Source of the DNA: Mobula hypostoma
Lineage: Eukaryota
NCBI RefSeq assembly: GCF_963921235.1
Contig: NC_086108.1
Span: forward strand, 8,680,001 to 8,744,000
Direction of reading: 5' to 3'
DNA length: 64,000 nucleotides
How positions within the stretch are numbered: position 1 is the stretch's first letter; the number at the start of each line of letters is the position of its first letter. Positions 25,398 through 37,411 of the stretch are shown one piece after another. Made by a program: the position numbers and the translations under genes. Below the pieces are notes generated by a model. The model saw only the letters and a program-made list of their open reading frames with translations. It searched no databases and was not told where the DNA came from.

Positions 25398-27932
25398 TAA
25401 CTGAAGGAAGAGTGAGTAAGGGATTTGAAAGTTGGAGGGGGAGGGGGAGATCCAAAATGATAGGAGAAGACAGGAGGGGGAGGGATAGAGCCAAGAGCTG
25501 GACAGGTGATAGGCAAAAGGGGATACGAGAGGATCATGGGACAGGAGGTCCGGGAAGAAAGACAAGTGGGGGGGGAACCCAGAGGATGGGCAAGAGGTAC
25601 ATTCAGAGGGACAGAGGGAGAAAAAAGAGAGTGAGAGAAAGAATGTGTGCATAAAATAAGTAACAGATGGGGTACGAGGGGGAGGTGGGGCCTTAGCGGA
25701 AGTTAGAGAAGTCGATGTTCATGCCATCAGGTTGGAGGCTACCCAGACGGAATATAAGGTGTTGTTCCTCCAACCTGAGTGTGGCTTCATCTCCACAGTA
25801 GAGGAGGCCGTGGATAGACATGTCAAAATGGGAATGGGATGTGGAATTAAAATGTGTGGCCACTGGGAGATCCTGCTTTCTCTGGCGGACAGAGCGTAGA
25901 TGTTCAGCAAAGCAGTCTCCCAGTCTGTGTCGGGTCTCACCAATATATAAAAGGCCACATCGGGAGCACCGGACGCAGTATATCACCCCAGTCGACTCAC
26001 AGGTGAAGTGTTGCCTCACCTGGAAGGACTGTTTGGGGCCCTGAATGGTGGTAAAGGAGGAAGTGTAAGGGCATGTGTAGCACTTGTTCCGCTTACACGG
26101 ATAAGTGCCAGGAGGGAGATCAGTGGGGAGGGATGGGAGGGACGAATGGACAAGGGAGTTGCGTAGGGAGCGATCCCTGCGGAATGCAGAGAGAGGGGGG
26201 GAGGGAAAGATGTGCCTAGTGGTGGGATCCCGTTGGAGGTGGCAGAAGTTACGGAGAATAATATGTTGGACCCGGAGGCTGGTGGGGTGGTAGGTGAGGA
26301 CCAGGAGAACCCTATTCCTAGTGGGGTGGCGGGAGGATGGAGTGAGAGCAGATGCACGTGAAATGGGGGAGATGCGTTTAAGAGCAGAGTTGATAGTGGA
26401 GGAAGGGAAGCCCCTTTCTTTCAAAAAGGAAGACATCTCCTCCAACTTCCTCCAAACTAAAGGTGTAGCTATGGGCACCCATATGGGTCCTAGCTATGCC
26501 CGCCTTTTTGTTGGGTTTGTGGAACAATCTATGTTCCGTGCCTATTCTGGTATCTGTCCCCCACTTTTCCTTCGCTACATCGACGACTGCATTGGCGCTG
26601 CTCCTGCACGCATGCTGAGCTCGTTGACTTTATTAACTTTGCCTCCAACTTTCACCCTGCCCTCAAGTTTACCTGGTCCATTTCCGACACCTCCCTCCCC
26701 TTTCTAGATCTTTCTGTCTCTGTCTCTGGAGACTGCTTATCCACTGATGTCTACTATAAGCCTACTGACTCTCACAGCTATCTGGACTATTCCTCTTCTC
26801 ACCCTGTCTCTTGCAAAAACGCCATCCCCTTCTCGCAATTCCTCCGTCTCCGCCGCATCTGCTCTCAGGATGAGGCTTTTCATTCTAGGACGAGGGAGAT
26901 GTCTTCCTTTTTTAAAGAAAGGGGCTTCCCTTCCTCCATTATCAACTCTGCTCTTAAACGCATCTCCCCCATTTCACGTACATCTGCTCTCACTCCATCC
27001 TCCCGCCACCCCACTAGGAATAGGGTTCCCCTGGTCCTCACCTACCACCCCACCAGCCTCCGGGTCCAACATATTATTCTCTGTAACTTCCACCACCTCC
27101 AACAGGATCCCACCACTAAGCACATCTTTCCCTCCCCCCCTCTCTGCTTTCTGCAGGGATCGCTCCCTACGCGACTCCCTTGTCCATTCGTCCCCCCCAT
27201 CCCTCCCCACTGATCTCCCTCCTGGCACTTATCCTTGTAAGCAGAACAAGTGCTACACATGCCCTTACACTTCCTCCCTCACCACCATTCAGGGCCCCAA
27301 ACAGTCCTTCCAGGTGAGGCAACACTTCATCTGCGAGTCGACTGGGGTGATATACTGCGTCCGGTGCTCCCAATGTGGCCTTTTATATATTGGCGAGACC
27401 CGACGCAGACTGGGAGACCACTTTGCTGAACATCTACGCTCTGTCCGCCAGAGAAGCAGGATCTCCCAGTGGCCACACATTTTAATTCCACATCCCATTC
27501 CCATTCTGACATGTCTATCCACGGCCTCCTCTACTGTAAAGATGAAGCCACACTCAGGTTGGAGGAACAACACCTTATATTCCGTCTGGGTAGCCTCCAA
27601 CCTGATGGCATGAACATTGACTTCTCTAACTTCCGCTAAGGCCCCACCTCCCCCTCATACCCCATCTGTTACTCATTTTTATGCACACATTCTTTCTCTC
27701 ACTCTCCTTTTTCTCCCTCTGTCCCTCTGAATATACCTCTTGCCCATCCTCTGGGTCACCCCCCCCCGTCTTTCTTCCCGGACCTCCTGTCCCATGATCC
27801 TCTCGTATCCCCTTTTGCCTATCACCTGTCCAGCTCTTGGCTCTATCCCTCTCCCTCCTGTCTTCTCCTATCATTTTGGATCTCCCCCTCCCCCTCCAAC
27901 TTTCAAATCCCTTACTCACTCTTCCTTCAGTT

Positions 27933-27968
27933 AGTCCTGACGAAGGGTCTCGGCCTGAAACGACGACT
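27933..27968 (+). ncRNA. Hammerhead ribozyme copy with mutated U16.1 (GAAACG-AC), probably inactive
   Basis: AGTC-CTGACGA-AGG GTCTCGG CCT-GAAA-CG-AC-GACT. Confidence 0.65.
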
Positions 27969-30220
27969 GCACCTCTTCCTACAGATGCTGCCTGGCCTGC
28001 TGCGTTCACCAGCAACTTTGATGAACTAGGCTCATACTCGTTGGAATTTAGAAGATTGAGGGGGGATCTGATTGAAACGTATAAAATCCTAAAGGGATTG
28101 GACAGGCTAGATGCAGGAAGATTTTTCCCGATGTTGGGGAAGTCCAGAACGAGGGGTCACAGTTTGAGGATAAAGGGGAAGCCTTTTAGGACCGAGATTA
28201 GGAAAAACTTCTTCACACAGAGAGTGGTGAATCTGTGGAATTCTCAGCCACAGGAAACTGTTGAGGCCAGTTCATTGGCTATATTTAAGAGGGAGTTAGA
28301 TATGGCCCTTGTGGCTAAAGGGATCAGGGGATATGGAGGGAAGGCTGGTACAGGGTTCTGAGTTGGATGATCAGCCATGATCATACTGAATGGCGGTGCA
28401 GGCTCGAAGGGCCGAATGGCCTACTCCTGCACCTATTTTCTATGTTTCTATGTTTCTATATTTCTTACAAGCCAGATTGAATTTTTTGAGGATGTGACTA
28501 AACACATTGATGAAGGTGGAGCAGTAGATGTAGTGTATATGGATTTCAGCAAGGCATTTGATGAGGTATTCCATGCAAGGCTTATTGAGAAAGTAAGGAG
28601 GCATGGGATCCAAGGGGACTTAGTTTTGTGGATCCAGAATTGGCTTGCCCACTGAAGGCAAAGAGTGGTTGTAAACGGGTCATATTCTGCATGGAGGTCA
28701 GTGTCACCCTGGGAAAAAGTCTCCGTCTGTCCACTCAATCAATGGCTCTTATTGTCTTGAATACCTCTATCAAGGAAGGGGTGATTTCTGTAAGCCGTCA
28801 CTAGGGAGTGTTGTCTGCACAGTTAACGGTCTAACTCTCTGAGAGCAGAGACAATTACTCAGTCCTGATGAAGGGTCTCAGCTCTCCATAGGTGCTGCCT
28901 GAACTGCTGAGCTCCTCCAGCATTTTGTGTGTTTGTGTTGCTCTGGATTTCCAGTAGCTGCAGAATCTCTTGTGTTTATATTTCAACATGGTAGTTCTGC
29001 GTAAGTTAGGAACTTGTGCGAAGATGTTAGTGTTAACCTGGATTGTCAGTGGATTTATGTACAGACAATTTTCCTGTCCTGGAGCAATGTACATCATAGA
29101 ACATAGTAGAGTACAGCACAGGAACAGGCCATTTGGCCCACAGTGTTGTGCTGTACCAGATAAAAAGCGAATCAAAAACACCCAAACACTAATCCCTCCA
29201 TGTGCCAATCTAAACATCCCTTAAAAGCCTCTAATGTATTTACCTCGACCACCACACCAGACAGCGCATTCCAGGCATCCAGCACTCTCTGAGTGAAAAA
29301 CTTACCCCTCACATCCCCCTTTGAACTTCCCCTCTCCAGCATCACTCTGCTCCAAGGGTCACAACAGAAGGGCCATCGAGACGAGATATGTGGAGTCGCT
29401 GATCCAGACTGAGTCCGGATCACTCTCCCATCCCAGCGGCCGGTGGAAATTGCAACAACTGGTGTTGCTCAAACAGCTGAATCTGTGTCTGATTGGGCAA
29501 TTTCTCCCCAGAAAGGCAGATACAGTGAAGATATTTAAGAGACTGGTAGACAGGCTGATAGATGAGAGAGAAATAGACAACTATGTGGGAGGGAAGGGTT
29601 AGATTGATCTTAGAGCAGGTTAAAGGGTCAGCACGACATCACGGGCTGAAGGGCCTGTACTGTGCCTGCCTTTACCACCACACCAGGCAGCATATTCCAT
29701 GCACCCACCACTCTCTGTGTAAAGAACGTACCTCTGACACCCCTCTCCCATACTTTCTCCAATCACATTAAAGTTACGCCCCACTGGTATTAGCCAGTTC
29801 CACCCTGGGAAAAAGTCTCATGCTGCCCACTCGATCTCTGCCTCTTATTATCTTGTACACCTCCATCAAGTTACCTCTTATCCTCCTTCACTCCAAAGAG
29901 AAACGCCCCAGCTAGCTCAACCTACCCTCATAAGACATGCTCTCAAATTCAGGCAGCATCCTGGAAAATCTCCTCTACACCCTCTCTAAAGCCTCCACAT
30001 CCCTCCTATAATGAGACAACCATAGAGGTGTGTAGCAGCCCAGTCACAGAATCATAGAAACCACAGCACAGAAACAGGCCCCTTGGCCAAACCATTTAAA
30101 TTGCCCAGAGAGCTGCGGTGGCTCTCTAAACCCCTCCTGAGCACAGAATCATCTGCGACCATTGTACAGTTTTCCGAAAATAATTTAATCTTTTATTTAT
30201 TCAAAAATAAACGAATGTTC

Positions 30221-33200
30221 TCCGTGTCCCGACCACAGACCCAACCCCCCACTGTCCCACACTGCCCCGTGTCCCGACCACCGACCCAACCCCTCACTGC
30301 CCCTCACTGCCCGGTGTCCAGACCACCGACCCAACCACCCCACTGCCCCACACTGCCCTGCGTCCCGACCACCAACCCAACCCCTCACTGTCCAACACTG
30401 CCCCGTCTCCCGACCACCGACCCAACCCCTCACTGCCCCACACTGCCCCGTGTCCCGACCACCGACCCAACCCCTCACTGTCCAACACTGCCCCGTGTCC
30501 TGACCACTGACCCAACCCCTCACTGTCCAACACTGCCCCGTGTCCCTACCACCGAACCAACCCCTCACTGCCCCGCGTCCCGACCACTGACCCAACCCCT
30601 CACTGTCCCACACTGCCCCGTGTCCCGACCACCGACCCAACCCCTCACTGCCCCACACTGCCCCGTGTCCCGAACACCGACCCAACCCCTCACTGCCCCT
30701 CACTGCCCTGCGTCCCGACCACTGACCCAACCCCACACTGCCCCGTCTCCCGACCACCGACCCAACCCCTCACTGCCCCACACTGCCCCGTGTCCCGACC
30801 ACCGACCCAACCCCTCACTGCCCCTCACTGCCCTGCGTCCCGACCACTGACCCAACCCCTCACTGCCCCACACTGCCCCGTGTCCCGACCACCGACCCAA
30901 CCCCTCACTGCCCCACACTGCCCCGTGTCCCGACCACCGACCCAACCCCTCACTGCCCCTCACTGCCCTGCGTCCTGACCACCGACCCAACCCCTCACTG
31001 CCCCACACTGCCCCGTGTCCCGAACACCGACCCAACCCCTCACTGCCCCTCACTGCCCTGCGTCCCGACCACTGACCCAACCCCACACTGCCCCGTCTCC
31101 CGACCACCGACCCAACCCCTCACTGCCCCACACTGCCCCGTGTCCCGACCACCGACCCAACCCCTCACTGCCCCACACTGCCCCGTGTCCCGACCACTGA
31201 CCCAACCCCTCACTGCCCCGTGTCCGACCACCGACCCAACCCCTCACTGCCCCGTGTCCTGACCACTGACCCAACCCCCTACTGCCCCACACTGCCCCGT
31301 GTCCCGACCACTGACTCAACCCCTCACTGCCCCGCGTCCCGAACACTGACCCAACCCCACACTGCCCCACACTGCCCCGTGTCCCGACCACTGACCCAAC
31401 CCCTCACTGCCCCGTGTCCCGACCACTGACCCAACCCCTCACTGCCCCGTGTCCTGACCACTGACCCAACCCCCTACTGCCCCACACTGCCCCGTGTCCC
31501 GACCACTGACCCAACCCCTCACTGCCCCGCGTCCCGAACACTGACCCAACCCCTCACTGCCCCGCGTCCCGAACACTGACCCAACCCCTCACTGCCCTGT
31601 GTCCCGAGCACCGACCCAACCCCTCAATGCCCCACACTGCCCCGTGTCCCGACCACCGACCCAACCCCCCACTGCCCCTCACTGTCCCGTGTCCCGACCA
31701 CTGACCCAACCCCTCACTGCCCCGTGTCCCGACCACTGACCCAACCCCTCACTGCCCCTCACTGCCCCGCGTCCCGACCACCGACCCAACCCCTCACTGC
31801 CCCTCACTGCCCCGTGTCCCGACTACTGACCCAACCCCTCACTGCCCCGTGTCCTGACCACCGACCCAACCCCTCACTGCCCCTCACTGCCCCGTGTCCC
31901 GACTACTGACCCAACCCCTCACTGCCCCGTGTCCTGACCACTGACCCAACTCCTCACTGCCCCTCACTGCCCCGTGTCCCGACCACTGACCCAACCCCTC
32001 ACTGCCCCACACTGCCCCGTGTCCCGACCACTGACCCAACCCCTCACTGCCCCACACTGCCCCGTGTCCCGACCACTGACCCAACCCCTCACTACCCCTC
32101 ACTGCCCCGTGTCCCGACCACTGACCCAACCCCTCACTGCCCCGTGTCCTGACCACTGACCCAACCCCTCACTGCCCCACACTGCCCCGTGTCCCGACCA
32201 CTGACCCAACCCCTCACTGCCCCGTGTCCTGACCACTGACCCAACCCCTCACTGCCCCTCACTGCACCGTGTCCTGAGCACTGACCGAACTCCTCACTGC
32301 CCCGTGTCCCGATCACTGACCCAACCCCCTCACTGCCCCTCACTGCCCCGTGTCAAAACCTCCGACCCAACCCCTCACTGCCCCGTGTCCTGATCACTGA
32401 CCCAACCTCTCACTGCCCCGTGTCCCAACCTCCGACCCAACCCCTCACTGCCCCACACTGCCCCACGACCCGACCACTGACCCAACCCCTCACTGCCCCG
32501 TGTCCCGATCACTGACCCAACCCCCTCACTGCCCCTCACTGCCCCGTGTCAAAACCTCCGACCCAACCCCTCACTGCCCCACACTGCCCCACGACCCGAC
32601 CACCGACCCAACCCCTCACTGCCCCACACTGCCCCGTGTCCCGACCACTGACCCAACCCCTCACTGCCCCACACTGCCCCGTGTCCCGACCACTGACCCA
32701 ACCCCTCACTACCCCTCACTGCCCCGTGTCCCGATCACTGACCCAACCCCCTCACTGCCCCTCACTGCCCCGTGTCAAAACCTCCGACCCAACCCCTCAC
32801 TGCCCCACACTGCCCCACGACCCGACCACTGACCCAACCCCTCACTGCCCCACACTGCCCCGTGTCCCGACCACTGACCCAACCCCTCACTGCCCCACAC
32901 TGCCCCGTGTCCCGACCACTGACCCAACCCCTCACTACCCCTCACTGCCCCGTGTCCCGACCACTGACCCAACCCCTCACTGCCCCGTGTCCAGACCACT
33001 GACCCAACCCCTCACTGCCCCTCACTGCCCCGTGTCCCGACCACTGACCCAACCCCTCACTGCCCCGTGTCCTGACCACTGACCCAACCCCTCACTGCCC
33101 CTCACTGCACCGTGTCCTGAGCACTGACCCAACCCCTCACTGCCCCGTGTCCCGATCACTGACCCAACCCCCTCACTGCCCCTCACTGCCCCGTGTCAAA

Positions 33201-35135
33201 ACCTCCGACCCAACCCCTCACTGCCCCGTGTCCTGATCACTGACCCAACCTCTCACTGCCCCGTGTCCCAACCTCCGACCCAACCCCTCACTGCCCCACA
33301 CTGCCCCACGACCCGACCACTGACCCAACCCCTCACTGCCCCGTGTCCCGATCACTGACCCAACCCCCTCACTGCCCCTCACTGCCCCGTGTCAAAACCT
33401 CCGACCCAACCCCTCACTGCCCCACACTGCCCCACGACCCGACCACCGACCCAACCCCTCACTGCCCCACACTGCCCCGTGTCCCGACCACCAACCCAAC
33501 CCCTCACTGCCCCGTGTCCTGATCACTGACCCAACCTCTCACTGCCCCGTGTCCCAACCTCCGACCCAACCCCTCACTGCCCCACACTGCCCCACGACCC
33601 GACCACCGACCCAACCCCTCACTGCCCCGTATCCCGACCACTGGCCCAACCCCTCACTGCCCCACACTGCCCCGTGTCCCGACCACCAACCCAAATCCTC
33701 ACTGCCCCTCGCTGCCCCGTGTCCCGACCACTGACCCAACCCCTCACTGCCCCGTGTCCCGACCACCAACCCAACCCCTCACTGCCCCGTGTCCCGACCA
33801 CTGACCCAACCCCTCACTGCCCCGTGTCCTGATCACTGACCCAACCTCTCACTGCCCCTCACTGCCCCGTGTCCCGACCACAGACCCAACCCCTCACTGC
33901 CCCTCACTGCCCCGTGTCCCGACCACCGACCCAACCCCCCACTGCCCCGTGTCCCGACCACTGACCCAACCCCTCACTTCCCCGTGTCCCGACCACTGAC
34001 GCAGCCCCTCACTGCCCCACACTGCCCCGTGTCCCGACCACCGACCCAAATCCCCACTGCCCCTCACTGCCCCGTGTCCCGACCTCCGACCCAACCCCTC
34101 ACTGCCCCTCACTGCCCCGTGTCCTGACCACTTACCCAACCCCTCACTGCCCCTCACTGCCCCGTGTCCCGACCACTTACCCAACCCCTCACTGCCCCTC
34201 ACTGCCCCGTGTCCCGACCACTGACCCAACCCCTCACTGCCCCTCACTGCCCCGTGTCCTGACCACTGACCCAACCCCTCACTGCCCCGTGTCCCGACCA
34301 CTTACCCAACCCCTCACTGCCCCTCACTGCCCCGTGTCCCGACCACTGACCCAACCCCTCACTGCCCCTCACTTCCCCGTGTCCCGACCACTGACCCAAC
34401 CCCTCCCTGCCCCGTATCCCGACCACTGTCCCAACCCCTCACTGCCCCACACTGCCCCGTGTTCCGACCACCGACCCAACCCCTCACTGCCCCTCACTGC
34501 CCCGTGTCCCGACCACTGACCCAACCCCTCACTGCCCCTCACTGCCCCGTGTCCCAACCTCCAACCCAACCCCTCACTGCCCCACACTGCCCCACGTCCC
34601 GACCACCGACCCAACCCCTCACTGCCCCGTATCCCGACCACTGCCCCAACCCCACACTGCCCCGTGTCCCGACCACCGACCCAACCCCTCACTGCCCCAC
34701 GTCCCGACCACCGACCCAACCCCTCACTGCCCCGTGTCCTGACCACTGACCCAACCCCTCACTGCCCCACATCCCGACCACCGACCCAACCCCTCACTGC
34801 CCCGTATCCCGACCACTGCCCCACACTGCCCCGTCTCCCAACCACCGACCCAACCCCTCACTGCCCCGTGTCCCGACCACTGACCCAACCCCTCACTGCC
34901 CCAACCCCTCACTGCCCCTCACTGCCCCGTGTCCTGAGCACTGACCCAACCCCTCACTGCCCCACACTGCCCCGTGTCCCGACCACCGACCCAACCCCCC
35001 ACTGCCCCTCACTGCCCCGTGTCCCGACCACCGACCCAACCCCCCACTGCCCCTCACTGCCCCGTGTCCCGACCACTGACCCAACCCCTCACTGCCCCGC
35101 GTCCCGACCACTGACCCAACCCCTCACTGCCCCAC
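30221..35135. repeat. C-rich minisatellite, 35-bp unit with an optional 10-bp module (45 bp), about 4.9 kb
   Basis: Unit CCCGTGTCCCGACCACTGACCCAACCCCTCACTGC with or without CCC(A/T)CACTGC. Confidence 0.97.
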
Positions 35136-35254
35136 ACACCCAACCACTCACACACTCCACTCCCTGTCTCACCTCCAACTCTCCACATTTTCCCCTACCC
35201 CCCACACTCCCCCCAGCCCATAAACACAGCCGATCACATTAGTGTGTCTGGGAC

Positions 35255-35260
35255 TTTATT
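35255..35260 (-). terminator. Candidate polyadenylation signal (AATAAA) of the Six gene; alternative ATTAAA at 37016-37021
   Basis: Plus-strand TTTATT in a short unique island downstream of the stop codon, followed on the minus strand by a GU-rich stretch (GTGATCGGCTGTGTTTATGGG). Confidence 0.45.
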
Positions 35261-35417
35261 TGCAAAGACATTATTCAGGCTGGGTCCCCGCAGTTACCAC
35301 ACATCTACACGGGACTGGGTGGTGAAGGTGTCGTCGCCTGAACCGTCCCAAGCAAGATGTGAGCATGTCTCGTCTTTGGGGATCTCTGGGCAGGCTGCTA
35401 GCCAAGCCCTCCACCCC

Positions 35418-35437
35418 ATGTGTGTGTGCGTGTGAGC

Positions 35438-35493
<56 letters not shown>

Positions 35494-35569
35494 CTGTGTG
35501 TGTATATATATGAGTGTGTGTGTCTCTCTGTATGTGTATGTGTGTGAGAGAGTGTGTGTGTGTCTGTGT

Positions 35570-35610
<41 letters not shown>

Positions 35611-36690
35611 TGAGACTGTGTATGTGAGAGAGTGTGTGTGCGAGTCTGTGTATGTCTCTCTCTCTGTATGTGTATGTGTGTGAGAGGGTGTGTGTGTCTG
35701 TGAGTGTGTCTGTATGTGTGTGTGTATGTGTGTGTGAGAGAGAAAGAGAGAGGGAGACTGTGTGTGTGTATATATATGAGTGTGTGTGAGAGTATGTGTG
35801 AGACAGAGAGTATGTGTGTGTCTGTACGTGTGTGTGTGTGTGTGCGTGTGTGTGTGAGTGAGACTGTATGTGAGAGAGTGTGTGTGTATATATATGAGTG
35901 TGTGTGTGTCTGTATGTGTGTGTGTGTCTGTATGTGTGTGTGTGACTCTGTGTGTCTGTATGTGTGTGTGTGTGTGAGACTCTGTGTGTGTGTGTGTGTG
36001 TATATATGCGTGTGTGTGAGAGTATGTGAGTGTGAGTGTGTGAGAGTGTGTGTGTGTATGTATGAGTGTGTGTGAGTGTGAGTATGTGAGAGTGTGTGTG
36101 TGTCTGTATGTGTAAGTGTGTGTGTGTGTGTGTGTGTGTGTGAGACTGTGTATGTGAGAGTGTGTGTGTGTGTGTATATATGAGTGTGTGTGCGAGTCTG
36201 TGTATGTCTCTCTCTCTGTATGTGTATGTGTGTGAGAGGGTGTGTGTGTCTGTGAGTGTGTCTGTATGTGTGTGTGTGTGTATGTGTGTGTGAGAGAGAA
36301 AGAGAGAGGGAGACTGTGTGTGTGCATATATATGAGTGTGTGTGAGAGTATGTGTGAGACAGAGAGTATGTGTGTGTCTGTACGTGTGTGTGTGTGCGTG
36401 TGTGTGTGAGTGAGACTGTATGTGAGAGAGTGTGTGTGTATATATATGAGTGTGTGTGAGAGTGTGTGTGTGTGTCTGTATGTGTGTGTGTGACTCTGTG
36501 TGTGTCTGTATGTGTGTGTGTGTGTGAGACTCTGTGTGTGAGTGTGTGTGTGTATATATGCGTGTGTGTGAGAGTATGTGAGTGTGAGTGTGTGAGAGTG
36601 TGTGTGTGTGTATGTATGAGTGTGTGTGAGTGTGAGTATGTGAGAGTGTGTGTGTATATGAGTGTGAGTGTCAGTGTCAGTGTTTGTTTC
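35418..36690. repeat. Complex (TG)/(GA) microsatellite with an internal duplication of about 550 bp
   Basis: Directly visible; marker CGAGTCTGTG at 35641 and 36193. Confidence 0.95.
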
Positions 36691-37131
36691 TGTGTGAGAG
36701 ATCTCCTCTCCCCATGATTGAACCCAGCTCTGCTGTCTGGAGGAGATACGAGGGTTCGCAGATGTTAGAATGTGGAGCTTCACGCAATCTGCTTGTGGAA
36801 CACAGCGGGTCATGCAGCGTCTGGAGAGAGGGTGAGGCAGAGGAATTGTCCAACCCTGCACCTGGACTCATTTCTTCCCCCTCCCTCCACAGGTGCTGCT
36901 CGACCCGCTGTGTCATTCAGTGGGTAAGGCCAATGTGATGCAGAGGATTTGGGACGAATTTACTAAAGTTTTAAACTTCCCTCGTTAATAAATTGATTGT
37001 TGAATAAACAACATTTTTAATGTTGCTGTAAATAAGGTTGAATGCTCTTGCATTTCTAAACCCTCAGATATCTGCACCCTCCCATTGCAACAGTCCCCCC
37101 AAACCCGGGACCACTCCCTGCCTGTCCCCCA

Positions 37132-37411
37132 TCACGATCCCAGGTCAACCAAGCTGGAGGTGAGGGGCCCCAGGATGGAGCCCTGCAGATGCCGGGGGTG
37201 CTGGAGCACGGGGCTGCCCAGCGGCAGGACCGAGTCTATGGGCTGGGCGTGGAGGCCGCCGGGGTACAAGATTCCTGGGGTGCCGGCCCGAGGGTCGGGA
37301 CTCAACTCTGGTGACATCTCCTCTTCGTCCGAGCTGCTCAGGGTGAGACCAGCACCTTGCACCTGGCGGTGTGGCTGCCGGCCCTGAGGGTTGGAGTTCT
37401 CGCCGTTCTCC
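37132..37411 (-). CDS. six1-like: SIX1-like coding exon 3 (C-terminal region)
   Basis: Acceptor CCTCCTCCTTTCTCCACAG|G completes a phase-2 Arg codon. Encodes ENGENSN...[16 protein letters not shown]...[18 protein letters not shown], then TGA at 37134-37132. Confidence 0.92.

Larger units (their letters stand above)
25266..28019. mobile_element. Penelope-like element (RT C-terminus + GIY-YIG endonuclease) as an inverted two-arm insertion
   Basis: FLQTKGVAMGT, FLRYIDD, GVIYCVRCSRCGLLYIGET. Minus arm 25266-26440 and plus arm 26441-28019; TSD GATGAACTAGGCTCA (25251-25265, 28020-28034). Confidence 0.93.
22393..28460 (+). mobile_element. Near-complete CR1 LINE: end of ORF1 (esterase-like) plus ORF2 (APE endonuclease + RT), disabled and interrupted by Penelope
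   Basis: DGLHLN motif; NARSIRNK, ITETW, YRPP, MGDFN, SDHN. Premature TAG at 23216-23218, frameshift near 24440, FAAD instead of FADD; (TTCTATGT)n tail. Confidence 0.93.
18821..28703 (+). mobile_element. Host CR1 LINE (pieces 18821-19622, 22212-22392, 28463-28703) split by two younger CR1 insertions
   Basis: The pieces read consecutively in ORF2: ...LAMIFASSMG | VADVVPLFKKG...SQHGFVKG | LTSQIEFFEDVTK. Confidence 0.8.
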
